Below are positions 1 to 9,340 of a DNA stretch of 64,000 bases, piece by piece. The DNA lies in the sequence record PZ445444.1. One strand, written 5' to 3'. The stretch's first letter is position 1. Each line of letters opens with the position of its first letter. Both the position numbers and the translations under genes were made by a program. A model generated the notes under the pieces. The model worked only from the letters and a program-made list of their open reading frames with translations. It was not told the DNA's origin and did not search any database. The stretch comes from a phage.

Positions 1-14
1 TTCTGAGGTCAGTT

Positions 15-593
15 ATGAAATGCAAACGTTGTGGAGAGGACAAGGAGGCCTCCGACTTCTACACCAGTAACAAATCAACGTGCAAAGAGTGTTGCAAGAA
101 GGCCAGCAGGGAGGCTGACCAATTTGCTAGAGACTCTTCAGAAAAAGGTGTAATACGTGTGTTGTACAAGGCTCAAAAGTGCAACAGCAAGCAAAGAGGT
201 CACCCTCCTCCGACTTACACCAAAAAAGAGTTTAAGGAGTGGCTATACCTTAACGGTTACAAAGAGTTGTATGATCAGTGGGTAGCCAGCGGATACGACA
301 AAAGGAAAAAGCCTTCTTGTGACAGGATAGATGATTTCAAAGGGTACTCTTTTGATAATATCCGTTTAACGACTTGGGGAGAAAATAAAGACAAGCAGAC
401 AGAGGATATTCTGTTACATAGAAGCACCAGCGGTAGACGGTGCAAAAATGTAAGGAGGTTGGACATGAATGGTAACGTTCTTAAAGAATGGGTATCTCAC
501 AACTCTTGTAGCAGAGAAACCGGAATATATATTGGTTACTACATTCATGAAAAAATTCCAGCTCCAGATGGATACTTATACGAATACTTTTAA
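15..593 (+). CDS. putative HNH-type homing endonuclease with N-terminal CxxC zinc finger
   Basis: 192-aa ORF with GAGG RBS; N-terminal CxxC...CxxC resembling the zinc finger of ORF 63303-63893; nuclease-like core (CDRIDDF...DNIRL). Family assignment by eye only. Confidence 0.45.
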   Translation: MKCKRCGEDKEASDFYTSNKSTCKECCKKASREADQFARDSSEKGVIRVLYKAQKCNSKQRGHPPPTYTKKEFKEWLYLNGYKELYDQWVASGYDKRKKPSCDRIDDFKGYSFDNIRLTTWGENKDKQTEDILLHRSTSGRRCKNVRRLDMNGNVLKEWVSHNSCSRETGIYIGYYIHEKIPAPDGYLYEYF

Positions 594-655
594 CACATAA
601 CTAACATAGCCCTGCCCGAAAGGGTGGGGCATTTTTGTATAAGGAGATCTGAAAA

Positions 656-1072
656 ATGACATTAGAAGATATCATTGTTAAACCTGAGAACTATGACCAA
701 TACAACCTGTCAACTCAATCTGTAGACCTTGGATGCGCCACGGTCAGTGCGTGGCTGGTTAACGGAAAAGAGCTGGATAAATGCTTAGAAGCTCACATGT
801 CTATTAACAAGTTTCTGGATGAAAATACTCACTGGCTTGAGGGTGCAGGCGTATATGCTTCATGGTTGGAGAGTATGGGATTCGACTACCAATCTGAAGA
901 GGGGTGGTGGAGCTATTTAGCTATCTGTCCAGAGACGCTACAATGCTTCATGAAATATTCTGAAGATTTGGAGTACCGGGCGGTGGTTGATAGTGCTATT
1001 GCCCGTTATAGCCGTAAACCTTTTTCCCACGACATTAAAACTGTGGAAGAATTTGTTGAAGTTTTCTGTTGA
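656..1072 (+). CDS. hypothetical protein
   Basis: 138-aa ORF, AAGGAG RBS 8 nt upstream of ATG. Confidence 0.6.
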   Translation: MTLEDIIVKPENYDQYNLSTQSVDLGCATVSAWLVNGKELDKCLEAHMSINKFLDENTHWLEGAGVYASWLESMGFDYQSEEGWWSYLAICPETLQCFMKYSEDLEYRAVVDSAIARYSRKPFSHDIKTVEEFVEVFC

Positions 1073-1168
1073 CACAGATTGAAAGGTGTGCAATTATAAC
1101 TTCATAGAACGGGAGGACGTGATGAACGAAGAAAACTGGGATGTATAACTAACAGGAGGCCACTGCCC

Positions 1169-1366
1169 ATGATTTATCGAATCCGTGTAAGAGAAGATGC
1201 ACCAGGCTGTTACTTTGACTGGCGTGGGTGGTGGTTTATCCACCCAATGGATGGACTCACAGATAGAATGCTGGATGCTGCCCTTTATACAGATACCGAC
1301 ATAGAATATAATCTCTATCTGAAGGACGGTATAGATAACGGCCTGTTTGAAGCAATTCCTGTGTAA
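1169..1366 (+). CDS. hypothetical protein
   Basis: 65-aa ORF, AGGAGG RBS. Confidence 0.5.
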   Translation: MIYRIRVREDAPGCYFDWRGWWFIHPMDGLTDRMLDAALYTDTDIEYNLYLKDGIDNGLFEAIPV

Positions 1367-1434
1367 GAGACTGTGATAGCTATGTTTTATGATCTTCCTG
1401 TAGCACCACCACCTGTTGAACCCGGAGAACTAAG

Positions 1435-1860
1435 ATGATCTATGAAATGCCAAAACTGATTCGTGACGATGCCCAAAACGCCCACACCTTTATCATGGGC
1501 AAGCGCATGGATATTATTTGTCATAAAGATTTCTGGGAAGGTAGTTACTTCACAGAATATTTTGGTAAACTGGATAATGGTCTGCTGATCCAGTTCTACA
1601 CCGATGCGGAAAACAATATCTGCTGGGAGTTCGAAACTGAAGATATCCATAAACTTTTCACCTTCCTAGGTATTAAGGTTGAGGCCAAGTTTGAAGAAGG
1701 CGAGTGCGACGATTGTGGATTCTACGAGGTAACAGATTTCTATCTCCCAAGTGGTGAGAACCTTTACTATGAAAGCCACTTCGGCAACTCAAATATGCCA
1801 CAAGGTTGGGATGAGTTTTTTGAAATTGCGGAAGAGGAGCTGACATACCGTGATTATTGA
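1435..1860 (+). CDS. hypothetical protein
   Basis: 141-aa ORF, GGAG RBS; stop overlaps next start. Confidence 0.6.
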   Translation: MIYEMPKLIRDDAQNAHTFIMGKRMDIICHKDFWEGSYFTEYFGKLDNGLLIQFYTDAENNICWEFETEDIHKLFTFLGIKVEAKFEEGECDDCGFYEVTDFYLPSGENLYYESHFGNSNMPQGWDEFFEIAEEELTYRDY

Positions 1861-2308
1861 TACTGTAGCGGGAGATTTAATCTCCCTTTTTAAGAGCGGT
1901 GCTGGTCACCTGATCCACGGTTGTAACTGCTTTCATACAATGGGTGCAGGCATAGCGAAAGATATTGCCCGTGAGTTCCCTCAAGCACTGGCAGCCGACA
2001 AAGAGACTGCCTATGGTAATCTGGACAAGCTGGGTATGTTTTCTTGTTGGGAGCATTTTGCCAAGAACAGGGTCGTATATGGAATCAACCTGTATACCCA
2101 GTTCTACCCAGGGCCCAATGCTGAATACTTCTCAATAATGAAAGGTTTTGAGCGAGTCAACGAGGTATTCAAAGGTGTGTCATTGCCGTTCTACATTCCT
2201 AAAATTGGATGCGGTATTGGCGGTCTAAAGTGGGAACATGTAGAAGATGTAATTAATCTTGCAACCACAGATATTGATGTGGTTGTAGTAGAGTACAAAA
2301 AGTGTTGA
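1850..2308 (+). CDS. macrodomain protein, TARG1/OARD1/DarG-like ADP-ribosyl hydrolase
   Basis: 152-aa ORF (GTG start overlapping upstream stop); motifs GDL...HGCNCFHTMGAGIA...FP and IPKIGCGIGGLKWEHV match my recollection of human TARG1 (GDLF...HCISEDCRMGAGIA, PRIGCGLDRLQWENV) and the same length. Confidence 0.7.
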   Translation: MIIDTVAGDLISLFKSGAGHLIHGCNCFHTMGAGIAKDIAREFPQALAADKETAYGNLDKLGMFSCWEHFAKNRVVYGINLYTQFYPGPNAEYFSIMKGFERVNEVFKGVSLPFYIPKIGCGIGGLKWEHVEDVINLATTDIDVVVVEYKKC

Positions 2309-2559
2309 CGACCATCTTCTGAGGTGATATAGTTTCCACAACAACTAAGAGAGGAGAGCACTGTGGAGACTAAAATCTTAATTCTTGCTGTGGTAGATAC
2401 AACCGAAGGAGCTATATTCGAATCTGCAGGGGGGTATTTCTACCTACCATACGGAAAAAGAACTTCCGAGCCAAGTAAAGATTCAATCCTCAAGGTGTTC
2501 CCGTGTGCTTTCTGGCTGGAGATTTTGGTATAAGATTGCAGAGGATTTGGGAGAGAATT

Positions 2560-2754
2560 ATGAGAAACAAGAAAGAGCTTTACTCTGGTGAGTGGATCAA
2601 CGATCAACAGGTGGGAGAGGTAACCTGCTTCCGATGTTTTACCAGGTACAATCTTAAAACTGCACCAAAAAGTGTTCCAAAGACTGATGGTTATTACATA
2701 AAAGAACCTCATTGCCCAAAATGTAAATGCCGATTATACTGGAGTAACCTGTAA
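2560..2754 (+). CDS. small zinc-ribbon protein
   Basis: 64-aa ORF from internal ATG with GGGAGAG RBS; CxxC...CxxC pairs. Confidence 0.45.
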   Translation: MRNKKELYSGEWINDQQVGEVTCFRCFTRYNLKTAPKSVPKTDGYYIKEPHCPKCKCRLYWSNL

Positions 2755-2817
2755 AAGATTGACATCTGAAAACTGCAGTGTATAATATATGCATAAACTA
2801 ACAGAGAGTGATGTATT

Positions 2818-3009
2818 ATGGTAATTTTTAACCGGGATGGTATCATAGTTAGACAGCACCCCTTCCTTGAATACTATCAAATTGAGCAATGGTGCTACGG
2901 GGATTGCAGTCACTCCTATGGGCAAAGTTGGGGATATCGTACAGTTTTTGAATCCACAGACCTTGACAAAGTAAGACAGAAAGTTTTAGAACTTATTAAC
3001 AACAAGTGA
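2818..3009 (+). CDS. hypothetical protein
   Basis: 63-aa ORF. Confidence 0.4.
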   Translation: MVIFNRDGIIVRQHPFLEYYQIEQWCYGDCSHSYGQSWGYRTVFESTDLDKVRQKVLELINNK

Positions 3010-3019
3010 GCATCGTGCC

Positions 3020-3352
3020 ATGGTAACATTGGAAAGACGTAAAGCTATCGCCGCCACACTGGCAGACATCTTTTGGGATTGCAACTTAAAAGATACCCGA
3101 AATTGTGGCGCATCTGTAGATGTATTATTCCCACGGCCCACCATTGTTGCAATGGGCAACCTGCTCGATGTGGTATATGGAGCATGGGACAAGGAAGGTG
3201 GATTCTATATCTGGCAACCTGACTACGGGACCTGGAAAGAGGTTAGTGGTTCTGCGGACTTCACTCCTGCAGAGGCTAAAATGGATGGCTGGAAAATCTA
3301 TGTCGGTAACGACATGAAGCTGAAAGGCGAGATTGTTTACTGGTTACCTTAA
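3020..3352 (+). CDS. hypothetical protein
   Basis: 110-aa ORF. Confidence 0.5.
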   Translation: MVTLERRKAIAATLADIFWDCNLKDTRNCGASVDVLFPRPTIVAMGNLLDVVYGAWDKEGGFYIWQPDYGTWKEVSGSADFTPAEAKMDGWKIYVGNDMKLKGEIVYWLP

Positions 3353-3372
3353 GAGAATGCAGGAGATAAGGT

Positions 3373-3618
3373 ATGAACAAAGGGTGGACATTTGTAGACG
3401 GCGTTAAAAACATGCCTCTAGGAAAGTATATTGTAGCCATGGCAGATGAGAATGGCAAGGTGGATTTCGGAGTTTGCGAGGTTGTTCTTGCAGGATCTGG
3501 TGACTATGCTCACAAAACTGGGATAATTAACGGTCATTTCTACTTTGATTACAACCCTGTTGTGGCGTATATGGCTATGCCAGAGTTAGAGCTCCCAAAG
3601 GAGGGTGCAGATGTTTAA
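3373..3618 (+). CDS. hypothetical protein
   Basis: 81-aa ORF, AGGAG RBS. Confidence 0.55.
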   Translation: MNKGWTFVDGVKNMPLGKYIVAMADENGKVDFGVCEVVLAGSGDYAHKTGIINGHFYFDYNPVVAYMAMPELELPKEGADV

Positions 3619-3808
3619 GCTTAAATCTGCATGGAACATCGCTGTGGGGGACGAGATCCGTATCCCAGGTGGAAAGACCATTATGAAGATATCTCGTATC
3701 GAGTACGAAGGTGATCGTGTATTTCATATCTTTGCAGAGGATGGTCGAGAAATTTATATACAGGCAGGCTCTCACATCTATATTCGTAAGAAAGGGGACG
3801 ACAAATGA
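3605..3808 (+). CDS. hypothetical protein
   Basis: 67-aa ORF, AAGGAGG RBS, overlaps upstream stop. Confidence 0.5.
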   Translation: MQMFKLKSAWNIAVGDEIRIPGGKTIMKISRIEYEGDRVFHIFAEDGREIYIQAGSHIYIRKKGDDK

Positions 3809-4134
3809 CAGAGATCATCATTTCAACTGCAGGGTATGTGTTCCTGACAATCATTGCACTGACCATTCTGGTTGTGGTATATGGAATTGTTATTCTCCCT
3901 ATTCTTGAGACAATTAGTTTGTGTCGGTGTTGGAGAAAGGCTTACGGTCCACAGCCGTGGAAGGACTGGCCCCACCTTGTGCACATAGCGTTCTCTTATG
4001 CTTATGATCACGCCAGCAGTGCATGCATAACCGGGTATCACGCCCACAACTGGAGCTGGGAAGGGTTGAGGAAATGGAATGTTACAAAGACCATACCTCT
4101 GCGCATGTACAAACCTAAAAACAAAGACAGCTGA
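3805..4134 (+). CDS. hypothetical membrane protein
   Basis: 109-aa ORF, AGGGG RBS; hydrophobic segment VFLTIIALTILVVVYGIVILPIL. Confidence 0.5.
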   Translation: MTEIIISTAGYVFLTIIALTILVVVYGIVILPILETISLCRCWRKAYGPQPWKDWPHLVHIAFSYAYDHASSACITGYHAHNWSWEGLRKWNVTKTIPLRMYKPKNKDS

Positions 4135-4445
4135 TACTTGAAAATTTCTGGCATATCAAGTGTAAGGAGGATTTCTAAAATGGATTTCCTCCTTTTGATA
4201 TTTCACCGGGCTAGATATTTTAAAATTCTTAGAAAATCAGAAAATGGATCGAAAACTAAAATGGATTTTTCAGAGCAGGCACGACGAGATGAACCACTCA
4301 TCCTATCGTCTGCACCATATTCCAGACCACCATTACAGATTTCCCGCACATGCTCACATCCTTCTACTAGAACTTCCCCCACTTACCCTTGACCTTTTAT
4401 AGTAATAATCCAACCACTACCTTGAAGTTGTGGCGCAGCTTTCCA

Positions 4446-4640
4446 AGTACTCGATCTGTTTTTCGTTTCAAAGATTGAATTTTCTGAAAATTTTTCTCGA
4501 TAAATTTCTCAGTACTCGATCTGTTTTTCGTTTTCTGAATCGGATTTTCTGGAAATCGTTCCGGCTCTCGACCTGAAATTTTTGGGGACGAAATCGATTT
4601 TTCGTTTTCAGAAATGGATTTTTAAAATTTCTATATGGGA
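4446..4640. repeat. degenerate tandem direct repeats (about 65-bp unit, roughly 3 copies)
   Basis: CAGTACTCGATCTGTTTTTCGTTT occurs at 4446 and 4511; recurring TTTTCGTTTTC and GATTTTCTGGAAA-like motifs. Confidence 0.6.
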
Positions 4641-4736
4641 ATATTTTAGTGGATACTATTTTATAGGAAATTGTTACGGAGGGTAATTAGCGTGCTAATT
4701 AAATTTATTAAATGCGAGGAGTTCTCATTTAGAATT

Positions 4737-4950
4737 TTGAATGATAATCATTCTCGTTTGCAGAATAACGGGCAGGCCCGGTGATTGTCTCCCGGCCCCT
4801 ACTGCCCCGGCTTGTTATTATAGTAACACACAGGACAAAGAAAGCAAGAAGTTTTTGCATAAATTTTTAGACGATAATGATAATCGTTCTCATTTCATGC
4901 AGCGCCCATCCCCGGTGGTTGTCTCCCCCGTCACCGGTGCCTGCCGTCCT
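4737..4950. repeat. two diverged ~75-bp direct repeats, each starting with a Fur-box-like sequence and ending in a GC-rich hairpin
   Basis: aATGATAATCATTcTC near 4740 and GATAATGATAATCgTTcTC at 4873-4891 (17/19 to GATAATGATAATCATTATC), each followed by CCGGTG(A/G)TTGTCTCCC. Confidence 0.5.
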
Positions 4951-5157
4951 TTCGATAGGTATATTTTGCCACCTAGCGGGGCCGCTGTCAACACTTTTCA
5001 AAAAAAAAAAAAAATTTCTAACCTGATGCGCTGACCGCTGCAACCTGGCGGGGCCAGCCTGGCAGGGCCTAACTGACCAGGTAGGAGAGAATGAAGGCTT
5101 GCAAACCTGGTGGGCCTATGCTATAGGATAGATAACAATTGAAGAGGAGGTACAAAA

Positions 5158-5334
5158 ATGGAAGGTAATATGATCCCCCTGGAAAATGTAGCTATTAATG
5201 ACGCTGAGGCTATCGCCCTGGTTGAAAAGGCTATGGCGGGAGCGTTGGAACATAAAGAAGAGTACGAAAAAATGATGGTTAACCTGGCAGGGGCGGCGGC
5301 TGGAGAATTCTACCCAAAAAATAATTTTAACTAA
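5158..5334 (+). CDS. hypothetical small protein
   Basis: 58-aa ORF below the ORF-track cut-off; strong GAGGAGG RBS. Confidence 0.4.
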   Translation: MEGNMIPLENVAINDAEAIALVEKAMAGALEHKEEYEKMMVNLAGAAAGEFYPKNNFN

Positions 5335-5419
5335 TGGTTGACAGCTCGGACAGTTCTTGTTATTCTTATCCTCGCAAGGTGAACAACACCACACCAATTA
5401 ACAGAGAGGATAAAAAATC

Positions 5420-5617
5420 ATGAACGCCTACGGAATTAAAGTACGTCGCAACACTCGCCAGGTGGTCACCAATCAAGTGATTTGCCGGGTGGATGTAACC
5501 ATCAACAACGGGCAAGGCCTTTATAAATTTCGTCGCGGTCATAGCTATACCCTGCAACAGCTTAATCGTTGCGCCCTGACAAAAGGTCAGATCAACCACT
5601 GGTTTAATAAAAAATAA
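5420..5617 (+). CDS. hypothetical protein
   Basis: 65-aa ORF, GAGGA RBS. Confidence 0.5.
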   Translation: MNAYGIKVRRNTRQVVTNQVICRVDVTINNGQGLYKFRRGHSYTLQQLNRCALTKGQINHWFNKK

Positions 5618-5681
5618 GTATTGACATATAGTCCGACACCAAATACACTAAAAGCACAAAAGACACTAAGAGGATAAAATC

Positions 5682-6080
5682 ATGAAAACCACTACCTTTA
5701 ATTTTGATAATGCAGACTTTTCTTTTTCTGATGTCAAGAACTGCCGCCGTGATCGTGGATTTTACAAGGCTTATAATCTGGTGGGCCTGGACGATGACAA
5801 TAATTTGCACGAAGTAGCTGAGATCCGGTATTATGCCGCCGCCAGTGGTAACACTCACTACTGCGTGTTTTGGATTCACGACAACAAGAACAATAAGTAC
5901 GGTTATACTGGCGGCAAGGCGAGCGGTCACGGTTACGATAAAGCTAACGCAGCACTTGAGAGCGCATTAAATGCTATGGGGATCACTGCCGACGGCTGGA
6001 TCTACGAAGAAGAGTTTTTGTCGGCACTTGCTGACCACCTGGGCTATAAAAAGCACATTGTGACATGCGCCCACGAATAA
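5682..6080 (+). CDS. hypothetical protein
   Basis: 132-aa ORF, GAGGA RBS, promoter-like TTGACA upstream. Confidence 0.6.
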   Translation: MKTTTFNFDNADFSFSDVKNCRRDRGFYKAYNLVGLDDDNNLHEVAEIRYYAAASGNTHYCVFWIHDNKNNKYGYTGGKASGHGYDKANAALESALNAMGITADGWIYEEEFLSALADHLGYKKHIVTCAHE

Positions 6081-6163
6081 AAATCATTGACACGCTGCAA
6101 AATTTAAGTAAACTAGACACAAAAGGCGGGAATGTTTCCCGCCAGCACAAAGGAAAAAAGATC

Positions 6164-6559
6164 ATGAATAAGAACGTACGCCGCATCATGAACGAACTGG
6201 CAAACGATGAAAAAATTATTGACATGCATTTAGTCAACATTTGCCGCCGTTGTGTAACATATAACAACCGCGCCGCAAAAGCGCGTGAGATGAACGCAAA
6301 AGGCACCTTAAAGCCCTTTCAGGTGGTTGTAAAATCTATAACCAGTGCAGCAGGCCAGGCGCATGACCACAACAACGGGAGCACTAATATTGATCCGTCT
6401 TACGTAATGAAACGGATCCGGACTTGCAAGAATAAAGAGCAGGTGTATAATGTCATAGACTGGTTGGACTCTATGGGCGATGTGGTTTACAATAGGTTTT
6501 CTGCAGCTATCGAGATCCAGCTTGACAGGTTGGACGGTAAAGTACTGAAAACTTACTAA
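6164..6559 (+). CDS. hypothetical protein
   Basis: in-frame ATG with AAAGGA RBS chosen over the track start at 6065; preceded by promoter-like sequence and leader hairpin 6125-6143. Confidence 0.55.
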   Translation: MNKNVRRIMNELANDEKIIDMHLVNICRRCVTYNNRAAKAREMNAKGTLKPFQVVVKSITSAAGQAHDHNNGSTNIDPSYVMKRIRTCKNKEQVYNVIDWLDSMGDVVYNRFSAAIEIQLDRLDGKVLKTY

Positions 6560-6565
6560 GATTAT

Positions 6566-6606
6566 TTTTAGATGGCCTTGACTTCAGGGCCATCAATAAA
6601 GTAAAC
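6566..6606 (+). repeat. conserved intergenic hairpin/promoter-like element, copy 1
   Basis: TTTTTAGATGGCCTTGACTTCAGGGCCATCAATAAAGTAAAC; 7-bp stem GATGGCC/GGCCATC with TTGAC in the loop. Confidence 0.6.
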
Positions 6607-6759
6607 TAATCCCAGTTAAGCGAAAAAGGAGGCTTGAAGATGAGCACTACACGCCAACACACAAAGGTAACGATTATCGTTTGCATCATTGGTTACATCC
6701 TGGCGCAAATGTTGATGGGTAGCGCCAATGATTTCGCAAAATTTTTCTTAGACTTTTAA

Positions 6760-6787
6760 TTGACAAGCTAACTTAAATCAGTATAAT
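6760..6787 (+). promoter_or_regulatory. sigma70-like promoter
   Basis: TTGACA, 16-nt spacer, TATAAT upstream of ORF 6840. Confidence 0.5.
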
Positions 6788-6839
6788 ACTAAGCACATAA
6801 ACGGGAAAACTTCCCAGAACACCAAAAGGAGAAAACATT

Positions 6840-7190
6840 ATGAATACTTCCATCACTATGACCGCCGAAGAAAAAGCCCTGCAGATCGCCGCTCTGAAAA
6901 AACAGATTGCAGAACTTGAAGACAAGATCGACAATTTTGAAATCGACGAAGACAAGTACGACGATAAATATGATGAATGGTTAGACGAGATCTACGGCGA
7001 AATCATGATCGGAAACATTTCTTTTCTTCCGTCGCGTATCCTCAAGGAGCTAGATCCTATCGCTTACCGCTGCGGATTTAGCGACTACATCGACAGCCTG
7101 GATATTGAGGACGATGAAGAATACCAGGAATTACAGACAGAGCTCGAAGAAGTGAAAGAAGAGCTTGCAGAACTGGAAGAAAACGAGTAA
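6840..7190 (+). CDS. hypothetical acidic coiled-coil protein
   Basis: 116-aa ORF, AGGAGA RBS; D/E-rich. Confidence 0.6.
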   Translation: MNTSITMTAEEKALQIAALKKQIAELEDKIDNFEIDEDKYDDKYDEWLDEIYGEIMIGNISFLPSRILKELDPIAYRCGFSDYIDSLDIEDDEEYQELQTELEEVKEELAELEENE

Positions 7191-7195
7191 ATTTA

Positions 7196-7237
7196 TTTTT
7201 AGATGGCCTTGACCCCAGGGCCATCAATAAAGTAAAC
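7196..7237 (+). repeat. conserved intergenic hairpin/promoter-like element, copy 2
   Basis: near-identical to 6566-6606 (one or two substitutions in the loop). Confidence 0.6.
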
Positions 7238-7279
7238 TTTAGACTGTTAACACTTAACCAATACAGAGGAGTTAAAACC

Positions 7280-7525
7280 ATGGCAGCACTAATCACCAAA
7301 TATTATGCCCCTACCAACACCAAAAGCGCCCGTATCATGGTAAAAGGCTTCGGACGTAAAAAGGTGTACACCTGGGATTATGCCTTAGACACGGAAGACA
7401 ACTACACCAACGCAATGACCGATTTTATTAATGAACTAAATAAGCAGATCTTGACAAGTTATAAAGTGACCGATATTGCTTATATAGGTGAAGGCGGGAT
7501 CTGTTTTGTAGGCATTGTGAAATAG
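7280..7525 (+). CDS. hypothetical protein
   Basis: 81-aa ORF, GAGGAG RBS. Confidence 0.55.
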   Translation: MAALITKYYAPTNTKSARIMVKGFGRKKVYTWDYALDTEDNYTNAMTDFINELNKQILTSYKVTDIAYIGEGGICFVGIVK

Positions 7526-7575
7526 TTATTTTTTCGGTGGTCCTGGTTGCAGGGCCATCTATAAAGATAATTTAT
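7525..7575 (+). repeat. diverged variant of the intergenic hairpin element
   Basis: TTATTTTTTCGGTGGTCCTGGTTGCAGGGCCATCTATAAAG, same arrangement with a substituted stem. Confidence 0.4.
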
Positions 7576-7599
7576 TAACACCATGAAAGGAGAAAGTAC

Positions 7600-7953
7600 A
7601 TGATCAGCGGGGCAAGTTTTATTATTGGCGCTATTGCTACGGCTTTAATTGTAAATAAGATCCAGGATAAAAAGGAAAGAGGAAGTACCGCCCTTGCAGA
7701 ATATCCATTTTGGGCATTCAACGATAACGAAGATTATATTATAAAGTATAAAAATAAAGAAGGTGACCAAGTAACACCGCGACCGATCCCGGCTTACAAA
7801 ATGCAGGAAACACTATACCGCCTGGAGGCGGGAGGCGCAAAAATTGTAGACTTTTGGGGATACGACCACACAGATCAGGAAGTTATAAAGCGCCGTATCC
7901 GGGCTATTCAGGCCAATATTGAAGTTAGCAAGGGGGGAATATATGAAGATTAA
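7600..7953 (+). CDS. hypothetical protein with N-terminal membrane anchor
   Basis: 117-aa ORF, AGGAGA RBS; N-terminal hydrophobic helix. Confidence 0.6.
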   Translation: MISGASFIIGAIATALIVNKIQDKKERGSTALAEYPFWAFNDNEDYIIKYKNKEGDQVTPRPIPAYKMQETLYRLEAGGAKIVDFWGYDHTDQEVIKRRIRAIQANIEVSKGGIYED

Positions 7954-8140
7954 TTTTGAGAAGATTGTAAAGCGATCTCATGATTCCGAAGAGCTGCCGG
8001 AACGACGCCAGCGTAACAATAAACTGAATAAGCCAAAAAGATTTGGAAAGATCTGGCGAAATCATTATGATCGTAAATTGCCTGGCCTACTTTTGGAACG
8101 TGAACGACAGGCAGAACGATACCGCCATAAAGACAAATAA
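7943..8140 (+). CDS. hypothetical basic protein
   Basis: 65-aa ORF from ATG with GGGGGGA RBS, overlapping the upstream gene end. Confidence 0.45.
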   Translation: MKINFEKIVKRSHDSEELPERRQRNNKLNKPKRFGKIWRNHYDRKLPGLLLERERQAERYRHKDK

Positions 8141-8146
8141 CAACCA

Positions 8147-8176
8147 ACGCCCCGCCATTGTGCGGGGCTTTTTATT
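8147..8176 (+). terminator. rho-independent terminator
   Basis: GCCCCGC-cattg-GCGGGGC hairpin followed by TTTTTATTT. Confidence 0.7.
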
Positions 8177-8321
8177 TCTATCCTACAAATAGCGCCCCTG
8201 GTTGGCCCTGTAAGCGCCAAAAAGGCCCCACCTATGCAATCGCCCCCCTTTAACCTGAAAACATCGCTTAGGGCCGTTTTATGGCGTTAAAAATATCATT
8301 GACAGTGATTTTATTTAAAGC

Positions 8322-8349
8322 TTGACATCTTAAACAGGTTAGCTATACT
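8322..8349 (+). promoter_or_regulatory. sigma70-like promoter
   Basis: TTGACA, 16 nt, TATACT. Confidence 0.5.
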
Positions 8350-8381
8350 AACCACATCAAAGAGAGAAAGGAGTAAACGCC

Positions 8382-8642
8382 ATGCGTAAATTAAAAAATT
8401 TTGATAAAGTTGATGTTGTCCTGAATAATTTTTACTACTGCAACAACAAGGCCATTTGGTGGCGTGATAGTTCCACCGATAAAGTTAAAGCTCGCTTTCT
8501 CCAAGGGCACTGGCAAGGCCGTCCAGTGATTAAAATACTGGGGCAACTGGTAGCGTTTAAAAATTGCCGCCGTGTTGATGACGTTGAAGAGATCTTGAAC
8601 ATTTTACGCCACAATAATTTAAAAAATAGTGTTGACAAGTAA
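8382..8642 (+). CDS. hypothetical protein
   Basis: 86-aa ORF, AAGGAG RBS. Confidence 0.55.
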   Translation: MRKLKNFDKVDVVLNNFYYCNNKAIWWRDSSTDKVKARFLQGHWQGRPVIKILGQLVAFKNCRRVDDVEEILNILRHNNLKNSVDK

Positions 8643-8659
8643 ATCTCGATAAGTATACT
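8632..8659 (+). promoter_or_regulatory. sigma70-like promoter
   Basis: TTGACA, 16 nt, TATACT; followed by leader hairpin GGCGGGAAAACTTCCCGCC (8670-8688). Confidence 0.5.
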
Positions 8660-8716
8660 TAAACACACAGGCGGGAAAACTTCCCGCCACTAACAAAGAA
8701 AATAGGAGAAAATATC

Positions 8717-9340
8717 ATGACCACCGTTAACATTACCACAGGTTACAATTTATCTTTCGACGTGCTGACCGACGAACAAAAAGAAAAAGCTATTGAAATG
8801 GTCCGCGAAAGAGAAGAACACAGCGGGGATAATTTTTTTGCAGAAAGTGTAATTGAACACTATAAAGAATATGTCTTTCCAGAGTACGGCCTTGAAGATA
8901 CCGAAGTACGTTGGTCCGGCTTTTGGTGTCAAGGCGATGGCGCGTCAATCAGTGCTGAAAACGTGGATTTAGAAAAATTCTTGCGTAAAGTAAAGGCCCT
9001 GACCAAGTTCCGATCAATTCGTCACTTGTTCGGCACAATGCACGATGGCGAGTTATCAGCCAGTGTTGAACGTATCCCGTTTAGCCATTATCATCACGAA
9101 AACACAATAGGAGGGTGCATCGATACTAATTGGCTAGACCTGACCACCAAGCAAGAGGACAAAGTTGAAGAGCTGGAAGAGCTGATCACCGAGACGGTAC
9201 GGGAGCTATCCCGCAAGGTTTACGTAGACCTGGAGGAGGCCTATCTTGAACAGTTTACTACCGAAAACCTGATCGGCCTTATTGAAGCCAATGATTGGCG
9301 GTTTGATGTGGATGAATATGGGGAGATGAGTTTTTCATAA
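8717..9340 (+). CDS. hypothetical acidic protein
   Basis: 207-aa ORF, AGGAGA RBS. Confidence 0.65.
   Translation: MTTVNITTGYNLSFDVLTDEQKEKAIEMVREREEHSGDNFFAESVIEHYKEYVFPEYGLEDTEVRWSGFWCQGDGASISAENVDLEKFLRKVKALTKFRSIRHLFGTMHDGELSASVERIPFSHYHHENTIGGCIDTNWLDLTTKQEDKVEELEELITETVRELSRKVYVDLEEAYLEQFTTENLIGLIEANDWRFDVDEYGEMSFS

Noticed and set aside
4138-4392. 84-aa plus-strand ORF
   Set aside because: Starts within a hairpin (AGGAGGATTTC...CCTCCT), weak coding character; more likely terminator or leader sequence
4741-5034. 97-aa plus-strand ORF spanning the Fur-box-like repeats
   Set aside because: No RBS, low-complexity Pro/Cys-rich translation, and it overlaps repeated GC hairpins; judged non-coding
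6566-6606. Intergenic hairpin elements as rho-independent terminators
   Set aside because: The T-rich run lies 5' of the stem on the plus strand and the minus-strand tail is not U-rich; canonical terminator geometry is absent
8717-9340. Assignment of the 207-aa acidic early protein to a known anti-restriction family
   Set aside because: Acidic composition is suggestive, but I could not match any signature motif from memory; left as hypothetical
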